Below are positions 1-12,900 of a DNA stretch of 64,000 bases, one piece after another (position 1 is the stretch's first letter; each line of letters begins with the position of its first letter). Position numbers and translations under genes: made by a program. Below the pieces are notes generated by a model, which did no database searches, was not told where the DNA came from, and worked only from the letters and a program-made list of their open reading frames with translations. The DNA is from the human T2T-CHM13v2.0 reference genome, Homo sapiens: NCBI RefSeq assembly GCF_009914755.1, contig NC_060927.1; one strand, 5' to 3'.

Positions 1-3000
1 AATGGATACCCAGAGAGGGAGAATGACGTACCTAAGGTCATCAAGTGAGAGGGTGAGGATTCAAACCCAAATCCAATCTATGATACAATAACTGCTACAC
101 ACAATGTGTGTAACACTTTGATAGGGGACAAAATAAAACTGAACATCCCATCAGCTCTCAGGCATCAACTCTGTTTTAGTTACAAAGCCAAAACAAAAAG
201 GAAAGCCATGGAGCGGGACACACACTATCAATTCTGCCTAACCATGAAGACGGTCCGGCCAGCGGGCTTGGCTTTCTCCTCCAGCCGTCCTGGCTCGACA
301 CAGGCCTTGTGGTTGAGCATATTTTATTGCATGCCGAAAACTCCAAGATAGCTCAGCCTCCAAGAACAAAAGTGATTTCAGGGTGAAGAGGGAAGGGGGC
401 CAGGAAGCTGTCCCTCCCATCTCCTCGGGTGGACACCACGTCTGACAAGCCGCATTCAGGCCTTTAAAATACCGCACCATTGTGGAGAGGGCCCCACTGC
501 CCCTGGGAAGCGTCCCCAGCTGCCTTCTCTGCTCACTGCGCCCGGGGAAAACTCCGTTTCTAACAGTTACGGTCAGCCATTTAAATCATATTACACTGTA
601 AGTGGATATACAAATTGTCAGCCCTAATGAAATTTAGGAGGAAACAGTGGGAGAGGTGAAAACACTTAGAACTGGTTTTTTGGTTTTCGAGACTCGAATT
701 CAAGTGGTTTAAACTGCTCGTTGAAAACGTGCTTGGAGTGTGGTTTTTCTGCCAGCACATGGAGGCCGCCCTGGGAATTCACAGTCAAGTCTTCATTCCT
801 GGTTCCCCCTAGAATTGCAGCATATATAGACCTTGATCTAGACATTGAGCTCCTCAAGGAGGGAAAGGGTCTTACTTGTTTCTGCACCCAGCAAGAGACC
901 TGGCACACAGAGGCCCTCGGGAAATGTGGAATGAAAGAATAAACCCAGACAGCCCTTGTGCACAGCCTGAATCGTGAAAGTCAGAAGAGGCGCTGGGAAG
1001 GAAAATCCACCTTCATGCCAGAATCCCTCCATTAAAGACTGCTAGGGTGAATGGGAAGATGGGGGTGAGAACTGCCCCCTTTCCGTCTATTGTCTTAGCA
1101 AACACAGGCTCACGAGCCAATGAGCTGAACAGCATATTGTACTAATGAATTGCCTTCCACTAGATAGTTTATCAGGTTTCTCTCTCCAGGGCAGAAGGGG
1201 TTCCAGCAGAAGTGAGGGATTATGGATTAAGATGATAATAATACAATAGCTACCATTTATTGAGTGGTTACATGTGCCTGTCACTGTACAAACCCCTTCC
1301 TCTGTAATCCTCACAAAACCCTCGCACAGTGGAGAGGGTTTGCCCCTTTTCCAGACGAGGAAATGAGAGCTCAGAAAGGTCAAGAAACTTGCCCAGGATT
1401 GTGCAGGTGTTTCTCATTCCAAAGCTCATAGTTTTCCTGCTCCCCGACCCCGTGCCAGATAGAGCACCTGGTAGGGAAGCGGTGAGTATGTGAGTGTGTA
1501 TAGAAGGACATGCCAGAGAGAAGCTGTCCCTACATCATTTGGTATTGCTGGGTCAAAGCAGTGTAGGCCAGATTCCATTTGCATTCATTTTATTCCCATA
1601 TGGCAGGATTTGACGTCCTATTCTCCACCTCGATAGAGCATCAACTTCTTGAGGCATGATGTTGTTTAGCCAGACTCACTCAGGTAACCCCATCTAAACC
1701 ATCATGCACATGTCAAGGAATGAGGCCCAGGGAGGAGAAAGGATTTGCCCAAAGCTACACAGCAAACTGGTGACCAGAGTGGAACCAGAATCCCAACAGT
1801 GGAAGTCCCTTTGGGCCAGTCATGGAGTCTGGGTCCAGGATTCTCCCAGGTGTGGTCATGTACAGGAGGAAATATCCTTGCCTGACACCCACCAGGGCCC
1901 TCCAATGACACAAGAGTGAGGACTTAGAGGAGGAACTCTGAGGTGGCCTCAACTGGAAAAATAGGCCAACTGACTCGGGGTCAGGAATTCAATGTTAGGT
2001 TTCTAGCATTTCTAACCTTCCATTTTCCTCTTCCCATTACTCCTGAGGCAACATCACCTCGTGGATGAAACCAAGAGCTATAAAATCAGAGAGACTTGAC
2101 TTTGCTTCTTACTGGCTATGTAGTTTGGGGAAAGATACTTAGTCTTCCAGGGCTTCTATTTCCGCATCTGTAGAATAAGGAGACTAACACTTCCTTTTGA
2201 GATGCCACGAGATCAAACAAAATAATGCGAATGAAAAAACTTAACAACAAGCCCAGTCAGTGTGCTTAGTAAATGAGAGCAGTTGCTAGTAAACCTGTGT
2301 TGCAGTTACATGGGTCTTATTTTTCCATTTTATAGATGGTGAAAGTGAGGCCCAGAGGAAGCTCAGTGGCTTGCCCAAGGGAGCACAGCTTGCTGCCCAC
2401 AGGAGTGATGTGGGGTGCAAAGGTGGGTACACCTAAAATTCAGGAGCCCAGGCTGCAGTACTGGCTTTCGCCTTCTCATTGAAAACATCATTTCCCTATT
2501 CTCCGCCTCAAAATCTCACTCTGTAAAGAGAATGTGAGTCCCCACCCTGCTCATGTCATGGGTCTCTCCTGAGACATGGGAAAACATGCTGCAGCGTTTC
2601 CCATGGGTGGGGGAGGGATTGGCATGTCTGAGCTGAGGCTAAGCCCATCCTCTGCCTCCCCACCCTCTGCTTCTCCAGCCTGAACCTCCTCAAGAACCTT
2701 CAGGAGCCCCCTCCCAGTGCCTTGAAGGGAGCGCCCTGCAATTTGCTGAGTCAGGGAGGCTCATGAGTCATTGAATTTGGTGATGGAAATGTGGCTGGCT
2801 CTTCCCCGATGCCAGTAATGGTCACCATCCTCATCCCTACTACTGCTGGAGTGCCTACTCTGTGTCAGGGCCCTTGACTTACATGATGAGCAATCCTCAC
2901 AATCAGCTGGTAGCATTCTCACAGCCTTGTGTTATGCATGAGAATACTGAAGAGAGGCCCAATAACTGGCCAAAGGATGTGCAGCTAATACAAGCAAAGC

Positions 3001-3097
3001 TTGGAGCCAGGTTTTCTTGACTGTAAATTCTTTGTTCTTCCCTGTGCACCATGCTTATGTGGGTTTGTAGCGAGAAACAGATATTCTACTGAAAGTG

Positions 3098-3405
<308 letters not shown>

Positions 3406-3474
3406 TGAAGGTGCTATTATATAGGAGAGAATAGGTAGAACACTCTGTATACACTGTGGAATCTCAGCCCGGTG

Positions 3475-3980
3475 GGGGAGACTGCAAAAATGGCTGCAGC
3501 AAGGTCTCCCATCCTATATAGATGCCCCTCTGCAACATGACTCTACCAGTCCTCTCACTGAGAGATGGAGTCTACTTCTCCACCTCTGTGAATGTGGGCT
3601 ATCCTTGGGCTTGCCTTGACCAATAGAATGAGGTGGAAGTGATATAGTGTAACTTCCAAGTCCAGGCCTCACCTTCGTGAAATGTGGCATCCAAGTGTAA
3701 AAGAGCCCAGGCTGGCCACTCAAGAGATGAATATTCACATCAACGGAAAGGCCCAGCCAACAGCCAGAATCAACTCTTGGCTTGTGGGTGAAGCCATCTA
3801 GGATCATCCAGCCCCTAGCCTATCTGCCAGGCCCCGAGTGAGGGCAGCAGAAGAAACCCCCTCCCTGCTACCCCTGCCCAGACTGCTGACCCACAGAATC
3901 ATAAGCAAATACAGTGGCCATGGTTTTAAGCCGTTAAGTTTTGGTATGGGTATGGTGTGTGATTAGGTGATAGATAACAA
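3475..3980 (+). mobile_element. MLT1-type MaLR LTR
   Basis: Typical MLT1 segments (ttgaccaatagaatgaggtggaagtga; aagcc..aagttttgg..tagataac). Confidence 0.65.
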
Positions 3981-4509
3981 ATAAAGCGAGTGACTCAATT
4001 TCTCCCAGCCTTGGTTTCCTCATCTGTAATCTGGGAATCATGTATCAAGAATAAATGAGATGAAGCCTGCAAATCATGGAGCACTGAGCCTGGTACAGCA
4101 TGAGCATCATCAGTGTTGAGGAAGTCAGTGCTGGTGCAGGCAGCTCTGGTTAGGGACACTGAGACAAAGGTCAGGAGGTGAGCCCTTTGTTGGGTGGGTG
4201 CTGGGGGCATGTTTGTGGAGGGCAGCCCTGGGACAAGACTGAGGTAGAACTTCTAGCCAGTCATCCTGGTGGTGCAGGGGTGGGCAAGCATCTGGCTAGA
4301 GTTGTCTCAGTTACAGGGACATTAGGCTGCCCCAAGTGTGGCAGGAAACTCTGGATAGGTTAGGGAGTGGTGGCTGAGCCATGCCAGTGCAACACCAAAA
4401 TATCTCCAAGATCATGGAGACCTTGAGTTTCCATGGACAAGATGAGGGTCCAGGAACTAAGGAATTGTGGAGGCAGCATTTTCTCCCCAGGGTCTTTTGT
4501 TTGCTCATG

Positions 4510-4801
4510 TGTTTGTTTTTTGAGGTAGTCTCACTCTGTCTCCCAGGCTGGAGTGCAATGTCATAGTCATGGCTCACTGCAGCCTTGACCTCCCAAGCTC
4601 AAGCAATCCTCCCACCTCAGCCTCCTGAGTAGCTGGGGCTACAGTCACATACCACTGCACCCAGCTATTTTTTTTTTCTTTTGTAGAGACGGTGTCTCAC
4701 TTTGTAGCCCAGGCTGGTCTCGAACTCCTGTCTTCATGCAATCCTCCTACCTCAGCCTCCCAAAGTGCTAGGATTACAGGTGTGAGCCACTGCACCTGGC
4801 C
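4510..4801 (-). mobile_element. Alu (AluJ-like)
   Basis: Antisense Alu dimer. Confidence 0.9.
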
Positions 4802-5348
4802 TCCACTGTCTGCTTTAAAGGTTAGTCCTGAACCTGCCTCATGCCTGCTGAATACCTTTCACCCACAGGAGGAAGTCTAGATGCCTTATCAGAGGCCCTA
4901 CTGACTGCAGTCTGAGTCTCCGTGTGCCCAGCCTCATCTTCCACCACTCCCTCTTCACCCTCTTGTTCCCATGAACCTCCAGACTCACAGCTCCTGGGGG
5001 AACTGCATTCCCTCCCACCTCTTGGCCTTTGCTCAAGCTGTGCCTTCTTTCTTGAATACTCTTACCTACCCTTCCCCTACTTAACCTGGATAACCTTTGC
5101 TTGTCTTTAAAACCTCAGCTAAAATATCCCTTTCTCCAGAGAGCATCCTTGGTTCTCCAAGTCTGGATGTGTCTCTCCTCCTTGAGCCCCCATGGAACCC
5201 TATTCTTCCATGATCCCCGTCACCACAACTGCTCACTATGGGAAATGTGTGCTCTGGAAGGACAGGAGCAGAGTTTGCTTTGCTCACCTCTGTAACCTCA
5301 TCACCTAAATGAGTGCCCAGCACACAGTGGGTGTTCATTAAATTCTCC

Positions 5349-5719
5349 TGTGTTAGTCCGTTCTCATGCTGCTATGAAGACATACCTGAGACAGGGTAAT
5401 TTATAAAGGAAAGAGGTTTAATTGACTCATGGTTCCGCAGGGCTGGGGAGACCTCAGGAAACTTACAATCATGGCAGAAGGCAAAGGAGAAGCAGGCACC
5501 TTCTTCACAGGGCAGCAGGATGGAGTGAGTGCAAGCAGGGGAAATGCCAAATGCTTATAAAACCATAAGATCTCATGAGAGTCACTATCAGAAGAACAGC
5601 ATGGGGGAAACTGCCCCATGATCCAATTACCTACACCTGGTCCCACCCTTGACACTTAGGGATTATGGGGATTATAACTCAAGATGAGATTTTGGGTGGG
5701 ACACAGCAAAACTATATCA
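5349..5719 (-). mobile_element. THE1-family solo LTR (ERVL-MaLR)
   Basis: ~370 bp with TG...CA ends and the hallmark gggtaatttataaaggaaagaggtttaattgactca...ctcaggaaacttacaatcatggc. Confidence 0.88.
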
Positions 5720-6157
5720 CCTTCCTAGTGTGTAAATGATGAATTGATAAATGAATTGACTGGGTCTTTAGAGAAAAAAAATGACAACAACAACAAAAAA
5801 TCAGAGGCTCAAAGAGGGTAAGAGACTTACCCCATATCACACAGAAGTTATGTCAGAATCAGGAAAAGGGCTTGCCTTGATGGAATGAGGCCCACTTTCC
5901 CAGATGGCAGGGAGGCACCCCAGCTGATGGAGGGAGGAGCCCTTTTGATACTGAGTGTGGCCAATCAGGACATGTCTGAGTTTCCTAGGGGATGGAGTTC
6001 TCCAGGTGAAATGGCATGCCTCTCAGGAGGCTGTGAACCCTGGGGTGGGGTGGGATGGCCTGCAAGGGACCTTCCCAATCTGTGACTCTCCTGGCTAGGG
6101 GATCCCCATTGAGTCTGGGGACTCAGTGACAACCTTGGGAAGTACCAGGAGAAGCAA

Positions 6158-6585
6158 TGTGTTGGGTAGAATTACTAATTGCTGTATCAAACTCCAATAT
6201 GGTACTGACTTAACATAAAATAGAAGTTTATAATTTAGTCACTCAACTGTCTAAGGAAGGAGTTTCTGGTCAGCTGCTGGCTTTCTTCCATGTGGTGAGT
6301 CAAGCATCCAGGTTTCTCCCATGTGTGGCCCAATCAACTCCTAGGACTTCAGAGTCCTCTGCTCCAAGCTGGTGGAGGGAACGATGCAGTGAAAAACTCA
6401 CACTGGCTTTTCAAAAATCTGGACTTCAAAACTGACACACTTCACTTCTGTTCCCCTTCCATTTGTGGGAACTAGTCCTCTAGCCATACCTGGATGCAAG
6501 GGAGCCTGGGAAATGTAGTCTTTGTTTAGGCAGGATCAAGGCCACATTGATAAAGGGAGAGCATGCATTTTTGTTGGGCAAATGG
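6158..6585 (-). mobile_element. Old MLT1-type LTR
   Basis: Diverged MLT1J/K-like segments (atgcaagggagcctgggaaatgtagtc). Confidence 0.5.
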
Positions 6586-7475
6586 AGTCTTGGGTCAGAC
6601 TTAAGCTCTCCAATCTTCCTTTGCTTCATCTGTAAAATGAGGATAACAATATTATCTCAAAAGTTTCTTGGTACTCTTACTGAAATGGGATGAAAGATAA
6701 AATCCTTACCAAGTGCCAGGCACAGAAGAAATGCTTGTCATAAATTACCTTCCTAAACCGCTGTAATTTTTTTTTCTAGTAGAAATGAGATTTTTCTGAA
6801 GGTCATGGTCAGAGGACAGCTGGATCTTCTCAGTCCTCATTTGCCTCCTTTGCATTTTATGCCTTTTCCCCCCTTTCCTATCCCCTTTCTGCTTTTTCTT
6901 TCTTCCTCTCTCCCACCTTTAGGTCTAGTTATGTCTTAGGAGTCTCCTTGTTGCCTCCCAGAGCACATTCTTCCCCATCCCACCACCCAGGCTATAAATA
7001 CGTAGATTAGCCACCGGTTGGGACTAGCCCTCCATTAGGAAGAGGAACAGAAATGTCACCAGGTAGCACTCCCTACCTTTGCAGCCATAAATTTCAAGCC
7101 AGGCAGCTCTTGACCTCAAGAGAACATATGCCCACAAAACCTGCCAGAGAGGGGTTGCTCCACCCCAGGACTTCCCAACTTGCCCAGAGAATGGGAACAT
7201 TAACAGGTCTCCCATGAAAGGAAGTCAAAAACTCAAGTCAACGAAACTCCGAGTTAACAGATCTCTTTCTTGCAGTTCTTTGATTTTAGCATTGCCAATA
7301 TGCTAAGGACCATCATACATCTCTCAGCGGGGCAAGGATCCATCAGTCCTCACTTCCCAAACTTGTTTGGCCATGAAACACTTCCTGTTGATCATCCTTT
7401 GGGTCTGTGAGTGATGGAATGCTCTTTGGAAACTGCAACTCAAAAACAAGCATCAAAAACTGGAGCTCGTGTTTA

Positions 7476-7774
<299 letters not shown>

Positions 7775-8213
7775 TGGAGCTCGTGTTTATTTAGCTATGC
7801 AGGGCAGGCTGGCTAGAAACATTTAACTGTTAACTCATTATCTTTGTTTTTAAAACGAATTCCACCTCTTATTATACTGCTACTATCATTAGGCTTTGAA
7901 GGTGGCCTTTTGCAGATTCTATCATGTAATTTAAATATCAAGCCTAATTGGGTGGTGGCTTTTGTTCCCATGTTCTTGCTGCGGACGTTAAGTTCAGAGA
8001 GATTCAAGCATCTCTTCAAGGCCACACTGCAAGTAAGTAGTTAGGCTGAAACCTGGGAATGGTTGTGTTTTTCATCCATTCATTAAATATTTATTGAGTT
8101 CCTGTGATAGGCCAGGCATTCTGTACACCAAGAAACTAATCCATTTTGTTTATTTCTTTGTTTTAGACTCATTGGCTAGCTTATAAATATGTACAGACGT
8201 TTTTGGTTTAAAC

Positions 8214-8425
8214 CAGTCGTTTTCACCTGGGATAATTTTGCCCCCCAGAGGACACTCATCAATGTCTGGAGACATTTTTGGTTGTCACAAATGGGAGGCT
8301 GCTATCAGCATCTAGTGGGTAGATGCCAGGGATGCTGTTAAACATACTATAATGCACAAAGACAGCCCTCACGACAAATAATTATCCTGCTCAAAATGTC
8401 AATAGCGATGAAGCTAAGAAACTCT
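8214..8425 (+). mobile_element. MER20 (hAT-Charlie)
   Basis: ttttgccccccag..gaca...aatgtctggagacatttttggttgtcaca...catctagtgggtaga matches the MER20 consensus. Confidence 0.85.
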
Positions 8426-8454
8426 TAGAGGGAAAACACCTTTAAAAACAATTA

Positions 8455-8754
8455 CAAATGTAAAGGCCTGCAGGGGCCAGTTAGGTGCCATAAATGACTG
8501 GCCAATTAGACATGCCTAGCCCTGTCTAAAAGGGAGTAGCAGCTGCTTGGGTCCAGCTGATTGTTGCTACGTGGGACCTGTGACATGCTCCTAGGTGACC
8601 AGCTCTCCCCATTTTTCAAGCCAGAAATCCAAATTTTAATGTGAAAGTACTCATATTTTAAATGTTGGCAACTAATTTTTTAAATGCTGTGCCAGTCAAA
8701 CAAAACACATCTGGAGGTGTGATGTAGACAGCAAGCCATAAGTTTGCAACCTCT
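8455..8754 (+). mobile_element. MER102-like hAT-Charlie element
   Basis: caggggccag...ttttaaatgttggcaactaat...aaacaaaacacatctg...agtttgcaacctct. Confidence 0.6.
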
Positions 8755-8887
8755 CTAAAATACTAAGTGTGCCTTCCCAGCATTGAGCCAATAGTGTTAG
8801 GTGTGTTAAACAGCACTGATCCCACGTTGCCTTGATTTAGCCTTCACACTTATTCCAGTGTTCTTTTCCTCAACACCTTTCTCTCTC

Positions 8888-9125
8888 AGCTAACATTTAT
8901 TGAGCTGTTACTATGTAGTAGAACATGCTCTAAGCACTCCCTAAGTGTTAACTCATTTTTATCTTCACAAGAGCCTGAAGAGGTAGATTGCAATGCTCTC
9001 TCTCATTTTAAAGACAAAGGCCTCAGAAGCACTGTGAGGTTGTGCATCTTCCCCAAGGTGAAAGGGGTACTGGGATTTGAACCCGGGCAATCTGGCTCCG
9101 GAGCCTATGTTCTTAACTGCTAAGC
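8888..9125 (-). mobile_element. MIR (one of many, e.g. ~1240-1440, ~15070-15760, ~17020-17290, ~36480-37120, ~50460-50850)
   Basis: MIR core (aacatttattgag...ctgggatttgaacccgggcaatctggctcc). Confidence 0.65.
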
Positions 9126-9283
9126 CAGGCTTCCCTGGAATAGATGCCACCTCTCCATCTTGGGAGTAAAACTCCCAAGGGTCTTGTCTCACTCATGAGT
9201 CAACCTAGGCAAGCTCAATAGTTCACCAAGGTGGTCAGCCAGTATTCCCCAAGTGTTCAAACCTCAGTCCCTCCAACTAAAGT

Positions 9284-9487
9284 CATGGTTTTAAACTGGG
9301 GGTGATTTTGCTCCCCAGGGCACATTTGGCATGTTTGTAGATGTTTTTGATTGTCACAAATGGAAGGATGTTATTGGCATCTAGTGGGTAGAGGCCAGGG
9401 ATGCTGCTGAATACCACATAAAATAAATCCCTACAACAAAGAATTATCCAGCTCAAAATGTCAACAGTGCCAAGATCGAGCAACCGG
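9284..9487 (+). mobile_element. MER20 (second copy)
   Basis: gggtgattttgctccccagggcacatttggc...ggcatctagtgggtagaggccagggatgctgct. Confidence 0.85.
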
Positions 9488-9899
9488 CACAAAATCTAAA
9501 GAGCTTACTGGCAACTGTTCTAAGATGAAAAAAGCCACCTGCAGAATATTCCAGGTGGTTCAGTCTGTTCTTCATCTTGAACATCGTTTTAGTTCTCTCC
9601 TGAAGTCACTCTTTCTTCCCTTGCCCTAGAATTTCACGGTAGTCCCATCTCACTGTGCTAAATGCCTACACTAAAAAAAAAATCTTACTACAACTCTTAG
9701 GGATTAACAGCAGCAGAGCAGATAAGAAATGAAAAAAATCAGCAACAGGCAAAAGAAAAATGAGCACTAAAGTACAAAATACATGCTTGAGCTTCAACCA
9801 CCATATCATCTACATACCTGAAATGTACGTGTGTTTTTCTGGATACCCTAAGCCGTAATCCGTGCCCACATCAAACTTCAATGAACACTCTCTCTGCTA

Positions 9900-9944
9900 A
9901 ACACACACGCACGACTGCACTGGATTTCATAAAATGATTTTAAT
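9900..9944 (-). terminator. WNT5A: WNT5A distal poly(A) site
   Basis: ATTAAA at 9944-9939, CA at ~9922-9921, then a GU-rich downstream element GTGCAGTCGTGCGTGTGTGT. Confidence 0.8.
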
Positions 9945-12900
9945 AGAAAAGTACAAGATATGAACAAAAATAAATAATCTTTATCTCATTTCTAGCCCAG
10001 CAAATTGTACACTGCATATAAAAATGGTCTAAGATGCAATTTTCCTCCATTCCTTTTTTGCTTTTAAAATACTGAGACAGCATTTTAATTCAATATTCTA
10101 GGTTCAAACTGATACATTAAAAAAAAATCATACCAACCTTTAATCATTCTACATCCATTTTTTAAAGTTAGCTAACAAGATGATGTTTCACTAAAATAAA
10201 ATATCCAATCATCAGATTAAAGTGTAAAGTTTGTGTGAACAGGGAAATTAGATCATTTCTCTAAGTTTTAATTCCTATGTTTCTGAATGTTTCTTGAATT
10301 AAAAATTCATTTCATCATCTTACTTTCAAAACACGGCATCTCTCTTTCACCATTCCACAGAGAGAGAAAAGACTAGAAAATACTTTAAAAAAAATAAATA
10401 TTTTAAAAGTATAGCTTACAGTGACAATGTAGTATTTTAGACCTGTGCCTTCGTGCCTATTTGCATTAAATACATGCTTCAAGTTATAACTACCTTTTCT
10501 ATCTCTCTATATATTGTGGGCCACTAAGTGTTTGTGGACTGATGCTGCTAACGATCTCTTGGAGTTAGCTAGTACCGGTCTCTTATTCAGAGTATTTACT
10601 CTGCTATAGCGTCATATTTGATAATTCTAGTGGCTTGAATAATGTTTTGTAAAAACAAATTGAAACTTGGTATTGGCAAAATTGTACGAGAAAAGAGCTA
10701 GGGTAGGCAACTAAAACTTACACAGTGCCAGTCTCAGGAGGTCAGTAGCTCACAGAACTCAACAGATAAACTGGATTAAAACTTAAAAGTCTTCTTTCTA
10801 TTTGAGCCCATAATGACTATTTTGAACATGGCTCTTTTGCTGCTGCCTATATATAAATTTTTTATTAATTTTCTTGTATTGGGAAGATCTTGAATACGCT
10901 CCAGGATGAGAAGAAAAAATACGCTGACACTGCTAAATCGGGTATATGTTTTTGCAATAAAGAACACTGGTCAATATACAACTGAGGAAAAACTGAAACA
11001 GATGTGAGTCCTAGAACCACAAGAGTTTGAATTTGCCCAGAAATGCTATTTTAAACACTCTATATGTTGGTCTGCTGTTTTTTTGTGGAATAATGCATTC
11101 TTGGCATCCTTAAAAGGTTTCAATATGTTACAAGGTTATCCGGAAAGAGAAAAAGCAAAGGCTAATGTATCAATCTGTGGAGCACTGTCCAGATTTCCGT
11201 GTACATTTTTGAAAAGCACAATAACTTGTATTAATTGCACTTAACACAATGAACCTTTAGTTTCCAACCAGTTTTCATTCTCTGCAGACCCGGGCTTTCT
11301 TTTTATAAAAACTGCTTTCAAAGGGCATAGAGACACCACACATGGTCCACAGTAAATTCAAATAGAGAGGTGCAATAGTTGCAGTGGTAAACACACAAAA
11401 AAATACATTTTTTTGGACTAAAAATCTGGTCACGGATAAAAGCATGTGCCTTTTCATTCTTCTCTGGGATGTTACAACAGCAACACGCTCTAAAACAATT
11501 AAGTTACATGCATAATGCTAAAAGAATGTGAGCAATCCTATAACCAGCTTTAAGCCATCTGCTTGATTTCTTTTTTTTTTTTTTTTGTAAGGAACATATA
11601 TAGGAAAAGAGAATTCCCCTTTTGTTCCATTACATATAGAAACCTTTTGAAGCTTCCAAATAGCTTGGTTTTGGTAAAATTCACCACTCTTTTATTACTT
11701 TGACATGTAGTCATCCTAAACTATCCGTCATGGTTTCTCCAAAAATCTCCACATGAATTATCTGAAGGACAATTGAAACCACTTACCAATATACAAGTAA
11801 CGTTTTATTTTATATTCTATCTTCCATTTGGCATAAGCCTTTCGATGTTTGTTTTTTAAACCAGTGAAATATACAAATCACGCAAGACAGAAATATGTAC
11901 ATTAAAAGTACAGAATAAAGGCTAGAAGATATACATAATATCTGAATGACATGTAGAATATTTTACATTAAATAGTTTCTTTTAAAAGCTAGGATTGTTA
12001 AACTCAACTCTCTTCATAAACATGAGTCACTAAAAAGGAACAATCTGATTTAGCAAATAAAAAAAGTACTTCATGGTTTTTGTATAATAAAAACCAAAAA
12101 AGTGACATTTTAAACTAATTAGTGCTTTTTGCTTTCAAGATCTTTTGCTCACAATTCACTGCAACTGAGGGGATGTGAATATCATTATGCAATAAATTAA
12201 GAGCCACAGTTGGCTGAGGTGATATGAAAGCCAACCTGCCTAAGGGGGGTATGAAAGATGTGTATCTTTCCAAACTTTTAAAACAACGTAAGTCTGAGAT
12301 AAGAACATATTTGATGGCACTGTTTGGAAAGAGGTGTCCTTATTAAAAAAAAAAAAAAAAAAGCTATCTATGTAGTGGGCTGAATATTCCTTAGGGACTC
12401 AATTAATAAGTACTGTCATTTCTAATAGGCATGGGTTTCCATTCTGCAGAATGAACTAAGAAAAGAGAAACATTGCTGATGCTTCTGAGTTTTGAATATC
12501 TCTTAACGTCCATGTCTATAACGAACAAGTAATGCCCTCTCCACAAAGTGAACAGAAATGGAGGTTGGAGACAAAGGGGTGAGGCAGAAAAGAAAAAAGA
12601 TATCTTCAACCCAACACGCATTTCAGTGAGTCAGAACTCAAGCTTCCTCAGAAACAAGGTTGCTTCGTCGTGCTCAAGGTATGATCACAGCAGGGCCACA
12701 GCCCAAGCTCAAGACTCAAAAAACTTTTGGAATAATCCCAACTGGACTGCAGTGAAGGACAACAATGCTCTAGACAGAGAAATAACCCCAGAGTAAACTG
12801 TAAATCTAAATCACTGGCTGCAATGAGATATATTTATATTTATATTTATATATATGTATATATATATATATGTTATGTACAAAAGACTTTGAGATATCAG

